Of a DNA stretch of 64,000 bases, positions 38,858 to 49,197 are shown in pieces. The DNA comes from Candidatus Hermodarchaeota archaeon (GTDB lineage Archaea > Asgardarchaeota > Lokiarchaeia > Sigyniarchaeales > SOKP01). A model generated the notes under the pieces. That model ran no database searches, was not told the origin of the DNA, and saw only the letters and a program-made list of their open reading frames with translations. The translations under genes were made by a program, and so were the position numbers. The stretch is from NCBI GenBank assembly GCA_048885925.1, contig JBHLLG010000009.1, forward strand, positions 16,051 to 80,050, written 5' to 3'. How positions within the stretch are numbered: the first letter of the stretch is position 1; every line of letters starts with the position of its first letter.

Positions 38858-39928
38858 CTATAAAAGAGAAAATGAAATAAAAAATAATATTGTGCATGAA
38901 CAGAAATTATAAGATAGATTATCGTCTATTTCTAAACTTATATAATCCAATAAACCAATAATTAGAGCACCTATAAGAGGAATAAGAAATAGACCTAATA
39001 ATGTGAATTCATAATAAGCTCGTAAAAAATATAATACTATTACGCCTGATATAAAGGCACTAATAAGACCTGCAAAAAGACCCTCATAAGTTTTTTCTGT
39101 TTTTCTAATTTTTCTACTCCCTATTGTTCTTCCAACTAAATTAGAGAAAATATCGCCAAAAATAGATATTGCCATTGAAGTACAAATTATCACAGGTCCG
39201 ATTGGTTGGAATAAACCATACAATAAAATTATTGAAAAACACCCAATACTCATAGATATGTGAGGACCTAATCGTAAATGCAATTCCTTTTTACGTAATA
39301 ATTGATTAACAGGTTTCAAAGGATATAACTCTGGGCTTATTATCCTTACAACGTCGGCGGTTAATAATCCAATAAAAGATATCCCCACCAAAAATAAAAC
39401 CAAATTCTGAGTAAAAATCATCATATTTCCTTGAATATAAAATAAATTTGAAATGAAATCAGGAACAAATTCAAAGATATATATAAAAAAATTCTGTATC
39501 AGAAATCCAAGTGTAAAATAAAAGAATATTATACCTAATACAATTAAATGAGTGATTTTTCTATATAGATCATATTTAAGTGGGATTTCAAATAAGGATT
39601 CATTATTAATTTTGAACTCTTTCTTCTTAATTTTTATGTTTCTTTTTTTTTCACGATAAATAAAAATAGAGAATAAAGGAACATATATACAAATAAAGAT
39701 AATCATTAATATATTGAAGGGAAAAACTATGAACTCTTTAAGGGGAAGTTTTAAAATTTCAATTGAGATGAGATTTATTGTAATTGAGAAAATTAAAACT
39801 AACCCATTTGTTAAATTGTTTATAAACGCACTTTTTTCTCTATTTTTTTTTGCTAAATAGGTAATGTATAAAATAATTAATCCAGAAATATAAAGGATGC
39901 TTAATATAATAATTGAAAAGATATTCAA
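38858..39928 (-). CDS. CTP-dependent polyprenol/diacylglycerol kinase family membrane protein
   Basis: RKITH, GD....VGR..G, KTYEG, DDNL. Confidence 0.8.
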   Translation of the reverse strand: MNIFSIIILSILYISGLIILYITYLAKKNREKSAFINNLTNGLVLIFSITINLISIEILKLPLKEFIVFPFNILMIIFICIYVPLFSIFIYREKKRNIKIKKKEFKINNESLFEIPLKYDLYRKITHLIVLGIIFFYFTLGFLIQNFFIYIFEFVPDFISNLFYIQGNMMIFTQNLVLFLVGISFIGLLTADVVRIISPELYPLKPVNQLLRKKELHLRLGPHISMSIGCFSIILLYGLFQPIGPVIICTSMAISIFGDIFSNLVGRTIGSRKIRKTEKTYEGLFAGLISAFISGVIVLYFLRAYYEFTLLGLFLIPLIGALIIGLLDYISLEIDDNLSYNFCSCTILFFISFSLL

Positions 39929-40143
39929 TAACTAACAAACTCGTCAAATTTTAATATTTAAAAGTTTCTTTTATTTTAAGATTTTCTTGAACATAAAAAG
40001 AAGTATCTAATAATTTTCTTTTATGTATATTCTGAATTAAATTAACTTTTAAAATAATTTAATTTGTTCTTAGAGAAATATTTGAACTAAAATCATCAAA
40101 AAAGCTTATGATATGAATCAGAAATAATAAAAAAATGTAAAAT

Positions 40144-40548
40144 TTATCGGCCTTCAAAAATTTTATAAAGATTTTTTGCTGCAATCCGCATAACTTTTAC
40201 AGTCTTCATTAAGGTATCAATCATTGTTCCCGCACAAACAATAACCAAACGTCCTGCATTGGTAATAACTATATAACCATTTTCGGCTCGTACAATAATC
40301 TCACTTAAATCTTCCTGAAATAAAGTTTGAATTGTTGATCTCCCTGTCATTAATAACGCACTAGCAAGACCGCAAAATTGGTCTCCATCGACATGATATT
40401 GTGGTAATGCTGAAAAAGCAATTTGATACCCTTCAAAACTTACAAGTGCTATTGCTTCTATATCTGCGTTAGAGGTTATAAATGTAATTTGGGGGCTTAT
40501 TTTTTCAATATCATCTTGGTTGATCCCTAAATCAGACCCAAATTGAAT
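40144..40548 (-). CDS. Roadblock/LC7 domain protein
   Basis: Frame open from 40560; DIEAIALVSFEGYQIA...DQFCGLASALL..G...IIVRAENGYIVI..AG; probable ATT start after AAGGTG. Confidence 0.85.
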   Translation of the reverse strand: MQFGSDLGINQDDIEKISPQITFITSNADIEAIALVSFEGYQIAFSALPQYHVDGDQFCGLASALLMTGRSTIQTLFQEDLSEIIVRAENGYIVITNAGRLVIVCAGTMIDTLMKTVKVMRIAAKNLYKIFEGR

Positions 40549-40935
40549 AAACTTGCACCTTTACTGTTTTTAGATTTTATAAAGATTATTATAAATATAA
40601 TAATTTTTTTCTTATTATATTTTTATTTTTAAACTTGAAATTTCCTAGAAAAGTAATATATAATTAATTGTTAATGCTTTTAAATCTATTTTAAATTTAA
40701 ATATAGTTGTAAATCTCCTTATTGATGTGATGTATGCTTAAAATTTACCACAAACTGAATCAGATATGTTTTTATTCCTTTTTCTTATTATTGTATTCCT
40801 ACTGTAATATTTTTATAGAAAAGCTTTAAAAACAATTCAAAAGTAAATTTTAATACTTTATAAACTTAAAAATATTTAAAACAACCTTTTTATTTTTAAA
40901 GATGGTATTAAATATTTTGAACCTATAATTAGATT

Positions 40936-43242
40936 ATGATAACTACACGTGAATCTTTGGGTTACCAATTTTCATTGATATTTGGATATTCATCTCCTAA
41001 TGATGTTATTGTTGGAGATGTAATTGGACCAGGAAGGTTAACAAAAAAAAAAGTTAATGACCTCGCAGAAGAAGTAATTCAATTTTTAACTATGTATAAT
41101 GCAATTTTAAGGGATTATACAGGTGCAGAATTGTTTAGTATTGAGTTTAATTTATACAATATTGATGAAAAAAGAGCTAGAATTAATATATACCCTCAAT
41201 CTATGATTTTTATTCCAGGTGTATTTAAAGATTGCGAAAGTTTATTACTTGCTTTAAAACCTGAAACAGGAGTATTAGATATTCACAAATCTCGGGAATC
41301 TCTTAATAATATAAGTAAACTATTTTTTGAGGTTGAAGAATTTACTAATCGTCCGGAATTAAATAATGATAATAAACGTTTAGTATATAATAAATTTGCT
41401 TCTAGATTTAGTAAAAGGCTCTATGGTGAATTAATCGAAGATAAGTGGAATAAAAAGTTAATTGGTATAACTAAAACACTTCCCACAGAAAAGGAGATGT
41501 TGAATACATATATAAAAGCAATCTCTAATGTGAAAATTCTTTGGTATAAAAAACCTATGGAGATTAACTTTAATAGTACTAAGTTTCAAATGATTAAGCC
41601 ACCATTTAGTGGGCAACAAGGTATTGAACATATCAAATTTTCAATTTCTGAACCAAGTATTAATTTTATTGTTGATAAAACTCTAAAATTAGGTACTAAT
41701 CTCATCAATTTAGCAAATACAGGTACTTTAGATGAATCCCAGGATGAATTAATTGTTTTTATAATTAATTATATTAGGGAAAGGTTAAAGGAACATAGTG
41801 AACCATGTACAGCAGAATGGCTAGTATCCAAAATAAAGAAATTACTAATTGATTTCCATGGATATATCAATAAATTTCTAGAATACTCTAAAGATTTTCT
41901 AAGTACTGGAGAAATGGGAGATCTAAATGAATTATTAAGAAAATATCGTCATTTTATCTTAAATAAAGGAGAATTAGAAAATATAAATTTTGAAGATATT
42001 TATATAATCATAAAAAAGTTTATTGAACAGACAATTTCTCAAACAGAAAGATTAAGAGTAATAGAATTAAACTCTATCTTTAATTATTTTTCAGAAATTG
42101 TCAATAAAAGTCTTAATTTAATTGAAAGTATATTACCAAAATATCTTTCTTATCGACGATTAAAAGTGCTTACTATAATTTTAATGAAAAAATTATCTGA
42201 AAAATTTGATCAAGAACAAAAACCAGCAAGAATCTTAGGACAAAAATTATTAGAAGAATTTAAAATCTTTCTTTTCAATCAAATTGAAACACATCCCTTC
42301 CTTTTAGAGAAGAATGTTAAGTTTAATGAGAAAGAGATCTTAAATGAGTTTTCTTCTTTAATTAACAACAACATTGACACATTCTTTAATGAAATTCAAT
42401 TAGGAATAGACAATTTAATATCTTTCGCTGAGATTCAGATGGAATCAAATATACAAAAAATAAGTGATCATATTCGAAAATTTAAGAAGTTTTCGAGGGA
42501 GTTGAATTATTTATTAAGTTATATTTTAAGACATTCAACAATAAATCGTTATATTAAAGAGGAACCTGATAAGGAAATCAGTGACCCCGTAACATTTTCT
42601 AATAGGTTTCATAGATTTTTAGAAAAGAGAATTGGTGGTATAAATCTTGAATGGAAGTTTTATATATTAGATTGGATAAAAGACTATTCTAAACAATATC
42701 TTAGACCAGAAAAACAAAGAACTTGGACATTATCAGAGATATATAATGACTTCATTAGTTATTTTGAAGTGAGAGAATTTGAGGAAAAAAAAATAAACAA
42801 TTTTTTAACATTTCTTGATACTTATATAGCAAAGATACCTGATCTTGAAGAAAAAAGTCTATTAATTGAATTTTATAGGAATTATGAACATAGTATTGAT
42901 ATTAATATAGAATTTCCAAAATACGTGAAAAATAGTATTAAAAACGAGTTAAAAAATCAAAATTTCCAACAAGAGAATATAGTACCACTCAAATATTTTA
43001 ATTTAGATGAGATTGAGACTTTTTATGATTATATTAAAAATACAGAATTGAAATATTTTTCAAAACTAGTCCCTAGACCCCTAACAGTAACTCTAAAACA
43101 TAATCTAACTAATGAAGAAAAAGAATTATTTAAAGGTGATCTATTTCACGTAATAGATTTTAAATTTTGGCATAATAATGCTAGATTTGAATTATCAGAT
43201 AATTTTAAGGAAGTATATAGAGAATGGGTGACTGAATTATGA
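40936..43242 (+). CDS. large hypothetical protein, mostly helical
   Basis: 768-aa ORF with no motif recognised. Confidence 0.75.
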   Translation: MITTRESLGYQFSLIFGYSSPNDVIVGDVIGPGRLTKKKVNDLAEEVIQFLTMYNAILRDYTGAELFSIEFNLYNIDEKRARINIYPQSMIFIPGVFKDCESLLLALKPETGVLDIHKSRESLNNISKLFFEVEEFTNRPELNNDNKRLVYNKFASRFSKRLYGELIEDKWNKKLIGITKTLPTEKEMLNTYIKAISNVKILWYKKPMEINFNSTKFQMIKPPFSGQQGIEHIKFSISEPSINFIVDKTLKLGTNLINLANTGTLDESQDELIVFIINYIRERLKEHSEPCTAEWLVSKIKKLLIDFHGYINKFLEYSKDFLSTGEMGDLNELLRKYRHFILNKGELENINFEDIYIIIKKFIEQTISQTERLRVIELNSIFNYFSEIVNKSLNLIESILPKYLSYRRLKVLTIILMKKLSEKFDQEQKPARILGQKLLEEFKIFLFNQIETHPFLLEKNVKFNEKEILNEFSSLINNNIDTFFNEIQLGIDNLISFAEIQMESNIQKISDHIRKFKKFSRELNYLLSYILRHSTINRYIKEEPDKEISDPVTFSNRFHRFLEKRIGGINLEWKFYILDWIKDYSKQYLRPEKQRTWTLSEIYNDFISYFEVREFEEKKINNFLTFLDTYIAKIPDLEEKSLLIEFYRNYEHSIDINIEFPKYVKNSIKNELKNQNFQQENIVPLKYFNLDEIETFYDYIKNTELKYFSKLVPRPLTVTLKHNLTNEEKELFKGDLFHVIDFKFWHNNARFELSDNFKEVYREWVTEL

Positions 43243-45638
43243 TAAGTGGGGTTAAAAGAAAAACAACTGCTGTCGAAAGCACATTTAGATTTTTTCAAAC
43301 TGTTGACTTAATAATTTCACATTTTAAAAGGGAAGCTGATAAAAAAAAGATTTTTGAACTCATTAATCAAAAAACAAGCTTTCATAATTTACTTATAGCT
43401 ACTGCCACTATTCATATTTACCACAATCTAGGAATTCGAGTTCAAAAACTCGCAGAAATGGATAAATTCACATTCGATTCAACTAAAAATTTAGAGATTG
43501 CAGAGAAAAGAATTATTATTAAAGAAGTTGAATCCTTATTAGATGGCTCCTTGTCTCTAGAAGTAAAACTTCTTAACAAGATAATTGATTTAGAAAATAT
43601 GTTTATATCTTTTTTAATTGAAGAAAGAAAGGAAGAACTTCAAGAGATTCAAAAGGAGAAAATGGTTAAGGATATGGAAGTTCAAATCGAAAAAGAATTA
43701 CAGGAAATTATAATGAATTATCCTTCTTTCTACTTTTATGATTTTATAGGAGATTTAATAGGCTTGAGTAATGAATTAAAAAAAGAAATCTTAGAAGAAA
43801 CTGCTGCTTTTAAAGATATCTCTGTTGAACTAGAGAAAAAATTAGATTCAGAAGAAAAAGAGGATAAATTCATAGAATTAGCCACATTAAATCGATTAAT
43901 TAATAAAACACAAACCGATTTTGAGTTTAAATCATATAAAGAGTTACAAATTGAAGCGATGCCAGTAAGAATGATAAAAAGAAGAATATTAGATTTTAAT
44001 TTAGACCAATTTCCTATTTCAATACCGGGTTTGAAAGTCTTTATGGAAGCTAATAATCTAAAAAAGCAGTTACTGAAAAAAATAGATAATGCACTTCAAG
44101 AAGAAATAGAATATGATGAATTCGAGAAAAAAATACTTAATTATTTAAAAGAAGAATTAATTGAAAAACTAAAAAAGAATCCAAATGATTTTATCTACTT
44201 TTTACAATGTATAAATGAATCAGATTTTGAAGATATAATCTATATATTACAAAAGTATGGAGTTTATAATATTTTACATTTCTTAAATATGGATGAAGAT
44301 CTGGTAGAAAAGGTAAAAAAGAATATGATTAGATATAACATAAAAAAACTGGATCTTGTATCTTTAAATGATTATAAACAGAATTTAATATACTCAGCCA
44401 AAAAAGCTGTTTCTCAATTAAATTTCCAAATTATCCAAGAAAATATTGATACCTCTACTATGAATTTGGAATATGGAATAATCAATCTTATCAATCAAGA
44501 TGCTAAAATATCCCCTGCTATTTTAAGAATCATAGAAGAAAAGACAGGTAAGAATATTGATTATTTAAAAGAATATATTAGAAAAAAACAAGCAATTGAC
44601 AATATCTTTCTAAAAGAATTAAAGCTTGAAAATTACTCTCACTTATTATTTATATTAGAATTTGATGATATTCTTAATGACCTAGTAAAGGATATTTTTT
44701 TTTATACCCTATCCAAGATTTTAAGGCAACTTAGTAGGATAATCGAGTTATATCTTAAAGTGTCTAATGATAGATCTTTATTTCTATTAGCCTTAAAAAA
44801 AATGGGTGGAACTACCGAGTCTGAAGAATGGATTAAAATCAAACTCGAAGAACTTATGATTAAACGCTTAAATCAGAGACAAGAAGAATTAGTTATAGTA
44901 TTTAATGCATATAATCAGCCATTTTTAGTTAATGGATTTATTTTAGCTCGATTGATGGAAATCTCTTTAAATGAAGCTAATTTTGAATTGAAAAACAATG
45001 TTAGTCCGATATATGATGATATAGCTGAAATAAGGCTTAAATCTGATTTAATTTCTCCAATATCGTATTGTATAGGATACGATATAATTAAACGATTTGA
45101 AAAATTTGAAGAAAAGCATAAGTTAGAAGTTGAATCTATAATTGAATCGAAAGAGAAAGAAAAGGAGGAAAAAGCTAAAAGAATTCGTGAAGAACAGGAG
45201 TTAAGTACTTTAAATTGGATTGAACGCAGAATTACGAGTTCTATGATGAGAATTAATAGCCCCGGTATTAATCCAAATCAATTATACTGGCAAGAAAAAG
45301 ATACTAAAATAGCTACTGATAATATTAAATTACATAGCGAATTAAGAGGAGAACCAATTGATTTAATCAGCCAATTTTTTAATTTTGCAGTAGAAAAAAT
45401 TGGAAATTTCAATTTAGATGTAAAGTTACCTGATTCCGAAAGTATTAAGAAAATGGTAAATGACATTACAGAAAACACGTTAATGAAAAGATTTAAAGTA
45501 AAACCAACTGATGATCAAAAAAGAAATTTACTCGATGGGGAGAGATATGAAATTGGGAACCAAATTGCGGTAAAAATTGGACGTTTATTAGATAAAGCTC
45601 TCTATGCAAAATTTAAAAGTAAACAGAATTCTATTTAG
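43239..45638 (+). CDS. large hypothetical helical/coiled-coil protein
   Basis: 799-aa ORF whose start overlaps the previous stop by 4 nt. Confidence 0.75.
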   Translation: MISGVKRKTTAVESTFRFFQTVDLIISHFKREADKKKIFELINQKTSFHNLLIATATIHIYHNLGIRVQKLAEMDKFTFDSTKNLEIAEKRIIIKEVESLLDGSLSLEVKLLNKIIDLENMFISFLIEERKEELQEIQKEKMVKDMEVQIEKELQEIIMNYPSFYFYDFIGDLIGLSNELKKEILEETAAFKDISVELEKKLDSEEKEDKFIELATLNRLINKTQTDFEFKSYKELQIEAMPVRMIKRRILDFNLDQFPISIPGLKVFMEANNLKKQLLKKIDNALQEEIEYDEFEKKILNYLKEELIEKLKKNPNDFIYFLQCINESDFEDIIYILQKYGVYNILHFLNMDEDLVEKVKKNMIRYNIKKLDLVSLNDYKQNLIYSAKKAVSQLNFQIIQENIDTSTMNLEYGIINLINQDAKISPAILRIIEEKTGKNIDYLKEYIRKKQAIDNIFLKELKLENYSHLLFILEFDDILNDLVKDIFFYTLSKILRQLSRIIELYLKVSNDRSLFLLALKKMGGTTESEEWIKIKLEELMIKRLNQRQEELVIVFNAYNQPFLVNGFILARLMEISLNEANFELKNNVSPIYDDIAEIRLKSDLISPISYCIGYDIIKRFEKFEEKHKLEVESIIESKEKEKEEKAKRIREEQELSTLNWIERRITSSMMRINSPGINPNQLYWQEKDTKIATDNIKLHSELRGEPIDLISQFFNFAVEKIGNFNLDVKLPDSESIKKMVNDITENTLMKRFKVKPTDDQKRNLLDGERYEIGNQIAVKIGRLLDKALYAKFKSKQNSI

Positions 45639-45746
45639 CAAAATCCCATTATAAACATATCAATTTTAAAATTTCTTTGGGAAAAAAAGATATTAAAATA
45701 CCCTTTCGTTAATTTAATAATAGAATAAATTGAAGAGGATCAACTC

Positions 45747-46022
45747 ATGGTATCTATATTTTCATGGATTAAAAAAGAACTAGTATATTTAAAAGATTCT
45801 TTTTTTGAAGTTATTAAGGGAATTATTTTTGTAATTTTAGTATCTATTGGTTTGGGGTGTGCATTATTTTTAAGATATTTGGGTTTTAATGGAACAATTA
45901 TTTCATTTTTCGGTATTCTTACAGAGTTTGTTTCTTTATTTTTATGTTATTTTTTATTTCGGGGATATTTAAAATCAGAGGAGAAATCTGAACTTTCTAA
46001 ATCGAAAGGAGAGAAAATATAA
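45747..46022 (+). CDS. small two-TM membrane protein
   Basis: GAGGA RBS; two hydrophobic helices. Confidence 0.65.
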   Translation: MVSIFSWIKKELVYLKDSFFEVIKGIIFVILVSIGLGCALFLRYLGFNGTIISFFGILTEFVSLFLCYFLFRGYLKSEEKSELSKSKGEKI

Positions 46023-46024
46023 TT

Positions 46025-46771
46025 TTAATAAAAATTTTCCCAAGGTCTTTCATCAATTCGTAGAGAAATTAAATAATCTCTAATCTGTTTTTTTAAAATA
46101 CTAGGATCATATTCCCAACCGCCTTCCTTATTAAATGAAATACATTTAATCTTATTGATATTTAATTGAGATTTAACTAATAAACCATACATAGCAACCT
46201 GAGGCAGAGAAATTAAAAAATTACCTTCGGGTTTATAATCAATAACTTTTACAGTATCATTTTCAATTTGGATTAAATCAATATGTCCTGTGAGATATTC
46301 ATTTTTCATTTTTTTCCAAATTGGTACTTCTTTTGCAATTGAATCTTTATCATTAATTAAAATATACTTTAAAATAGGATCGTGTTTTGGGGGGATATTT
46401 AGATTTTCTTTAATAAAATTTTCATGAACAATTTGAGCGTATTTGGGAAGGTTTGATTCGGAGTCAAGTTTTTCAATCTTTCTACTTTGAATGAGTTTCT
46501 TGCTCAAACTCCTTATAAAAGCACTTTTTAGTCCAGAAATTTTAAATTGCGAAACTCGAGGATATTGTCTTTTATTAAATATACTATTCATATGTTTAAA
46601 ATATTTTTTATTTAAGATTTTATGGAAATGTGTTTCAAGTTTCTCAAATTCATATGCGCGGGGATTAAATATAGAAATCTTATTTAAATGATGCTTATAA
46701 TTCCAACTAAAGGAATATCGTATATGTTGATGATAAAAATTTTGATGATAAAGATTTAATTTTTTTTGCAA
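46025..46771 (-). CDS. PD-(D/E)xK nuclease family protein
   Basis: EVPIW..GHIDLI..VIDYK..PQV.MY (RecB-type motifs). Confidence 0.8.
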   Translation of the reverse strand: MQKKLNLYHQNFYHQHIRYSFSWNYKHHLNKISIFNPRAYEFEKLETHFHKILNKKYFKHMNSIFNKRQYPRVSQFKISGLKSAFIRSLSKKLIQSRKIEKLDSESNLPKYAQIVHENFIKENLNIPPKHDPILKYILINDKDSIAKEVPIWKKMKNEYLTGHIDLIQIENDTVKVIDYKPEGNFLISLPQVAMYGLLVKSQLNINKIKCISFNKEGGWEYDPSILKKQIRDYLISLRIDERPWENFY

Positions 46772-47138
46772 AATAAAAACTTTTTTTGATTTACCTTCCT
46801 GAAAAATATATTTGATATAATTCTTAAATTAAAATAAAGAGTTGTATTTATTAAAAAGGATATGTTAACAATTTATTAATTTATCAAGAAGCTTATTAAT
46901 TTAACCAGCATAACTTAAGATCTGACAGATTTTGAGATAATTAATTGAATTTTTAGATTTTAATTATTTTCTTATTTTATTGGATTTTCTAAATAATTAG
47001 TAACTCTATAGTCCAATTGATTGAGATTTATATTTATTCCCTAACTACTAGATCTAAAAAATAAACATGCTAAAAATATATAAAGAAGTATAAAATTTAT
47101 TAATTTGAAGAAGCAAAATAAAGGAGTTTCTAAAATCA

Positions 47139-47624
47139 GTGAAAAAGAATAATAGAAATAAAAAAGTATCAAAAAAAATAAAAACAATGGATGATGAAGG
47201 TCTCACTGTCTCCTATAATAATGAGAATTTAAAACAGCTTTTCCCTCATTTATTAAAAGAAATGGCCGAAAACACAAAAATTATAAAAATAAATTCGAAT
47301 ATTAATGGAAATTTTCTAAAAAATATCCCTGAACATAAAAATATTAATAAAATATATCCTAATGAATTATATAATCCTACCGCCATTGATTTTATTAGAA
47401 GGTGTACAAAGAAAGAGGAGGCAATAGCTATTTTAGATTATTTATTGAAAAGGAATGAAATTAGTGAGAAAGATTATAACAAATACAGAAATATCATTTC
47501 AAATGAAGAAGGATTAAATCAACTTATTAAGGAAAGTGGTGGTCAAAAACAACCTGGTTACTATATGAGAAAATATTATATGAAGAATTATAAAAATCAA
47601 ACATTAAAAACAAATGAGGATTAA
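47139..47624 (+). CDS. DUF2095-like protein
   Basis: FPHL.KE, YNPT.IDFIRRC...EEA..I.DYL..R.EI, K.PGYY. Confidence 0.75.
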   Translation: MKKNNRNKKVSKKIKTMDDEGLTVSYNNENLKQLFPHLLKEMAENTKIIKINSNINGNFLKNIPEHKNINKIYPNELYNPTAIDFIRRCTKKEEAIAILDYLLKRNEISEKDYNKYRNIISNEEGLNQLIKESGGQKQPGYYMRKYYMKNYKNQTLKTNED

Positions 47625-47631
47625 TATCATT

Positions 47632-47706
47632 TGACAGATGATGAACTTATGACAAAGTTAGCTACTTGCTCTGTAGCAATGATATTGTCGCCCCAAACTG
47701 ATGTCA
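47632..47706 (+). ncRNA. box C/D guide sRNA, predicted target 23S rRNA G2251 (E. coli numbering)
   Basis: TGACA/TGTCA terminal stem; C box ATGATGA 47638-47644; D box CTGA 47698-47701; guide TGTCGCCCCA complementary to the conserved P-loop UGGGGCG. Confidence 0.8.
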
Positions 47707-47719
47707 TCTAAGAAAAAAA

Positions 47720-47965
47720 TCATTTTTCTAGCCTTTTTCGAAAATTAATACCTTTTTCAGTTAAAAAATATTCGTCATTATTTTTTTTTATCAAACCTAA
47801 ATCAAGTAAAACTGGAATTCTCCCATTTATACAAGTAATTGGTAAACCAGAAAATAATTTAATAGTTTCATAATTCTTTGCGCCATTTTCTATAGCAATT
47901 AATATTTCAATTCCCATATATCCCAAAAGATTTTTTAAATCTTTATTAGTTTGTTCTTCAGTCAT
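47720..47965 (-). CDS. small winged-helix protein
   Basis: EILIAI..G...Y..I...SGL......RI..L.DLGLI......Y.LTEKG. Confidence 0.75.
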   Translation of the reverse strand: MTEEQTNKDLKNLLGYMGIEILIAIENGAKNYETIKLFSGLPITCINGRIPVLLDLGLIKKNNDEYFLTEKGINFRKRLEK

Positions 47966-47985
47966 TATTGATTAGAGTTTAAATA

Positions 47986-49197
47986 TTATTTTTTGGGAGA
48001 TCTTTTTTTTTTTGAATTTTTACCTTTTTTCCCTCTTGAAGATTCTTTTTCGTCATCAAGCTTCGTAAAATGCATATTTGCTACGACAGGTTCAGATTCT
48101 TTTGGTAATAATTTCCTCATCCATTCAGGAAAAGCAGTTGTAATTTGTAGATTTGTTTTTAATACTATATATGTTTCACCGTTATAGTTTAATTCTTCAA
48201 TTACATCATATTTTTTTAAGAATTCAATATTTTCCATCAGAGAATCCAAAGATTTTTTTGATAATAATTTAGGTAATTTATCTTTTGAAATTAAACCATT
48301 TCTTAATTCTGAAAGGACATTGTATTTTTTTGGATCAGCCATAATTTGAAACAAAGTATAAGCATCTTCTTTTAATTGTTCTTTAGTCTTTTTCTCATAC
48401 TCACTATAATATTCTTGAACTTTAGGAAGTAGGATTTCAATTAATTCTGGTTTATCATCAATATATTCTATAACACTATCGGGGGGAATTCTCTCAGCAT
48501 TTACTTCTTTTAATAAGAGAACATACTTTTCTACTAACCCGATTTGATTTATAAAAATAAATTGTTTTTCAACTAAGGTATCAATGATTTCATTAAATTC
48601 TCTATTTGGAAACTTTTTAATAAACCATTCTTTAAGGCCTTCTAATAAAACGGGGCCTTCAGATAACTTCTCTAGCGTCATAAATACATATTTATCTTTT
48701 AATAAAATTGCGATTTTCTCTTCTTCTGTTTTTTCCCTTATTTCTTCTAGAATTGCCCAATATAAATTATATACCCAATCCTTTATCAAGGATTCGCTTT
48801 TTATAATGCTTTCTTGATCGTCTTCATCAAAATTATTTATATCATTTATATAAAAAGCTGTAAAAATCTCTTCATTCGATTGTAACCTCTCTGAAAATTC
48901 ACTACATAAAATTGAGATCTTCTCTTCTACTTCAGGGATAATTAATTGATCAAGAATTATTGAAACCATTAACATTTCTTTATTTCCACGAGCCCAATCT
49001 GATTGAATTTCAAAATAATAGTTCATTGATTTTAAATTTTCAAAAGAATGTGTAAAAAAACCTTCACTAAATTGTTGATCCATGATATTTGCTATTTTTG
49101 TTGATAATTCCTTATCTAACATATCCTTGGGATAAGAATAAAACACTAAAGGACCAATTTTGCGATGAAAATATGATAAAGCGACGATTGTCTTCAA
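47986..49197 (-). CDS. longin/uDENN-domain protein with probable C-terminal winged helices
   Basis: LSYFH.KIGP...YSYP longin start; DWARG hairpin; two wH-like segments (IIDTLVEKQFI, IEFLKKYDVI). Confidence 0.7.
   Translation of the reverse strand: MKTIVALSYFHRKIGPLVFYSYPKDMLDKELSTKIANIMDQQFSEGFFTHSFENLKSMNYYFEIQSDWARGNKEMLMVSIILDQLIIPEVEEKISILCSEFSERLQSNEEIFTAFYINDINNFDEDDQESIIKSESLIKDWVYNLYWAILEEIREKTEEEKIAILLKDKYVFMTLEKLSEGPVLLEGLKEWFIKKFPNREFNEIIDTLVEKQFIFINQIGLVEKYVLLLKEVNAERIPPDSVIEYIDDKPELIEILLPKVQEYYSEYEKKTKEQLKEDAYTLFQIMADPKKYNVLSELRNGLISKDKLPKLLSKKSLDSLMENIEFLKKYDVIEELNYNGETYIVLKTNLQITTAFPEWMRKLLPKESEPVVANMHFTKLDDEKESSRGKKGKNSKKKRSPKK

Noticed and set aside
46025-46771. Cas4 or CRISPR locus
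   Set aside because: No four-Cys Fe-S motif, no other cas genes and no repeat-spacer array seen in the window.
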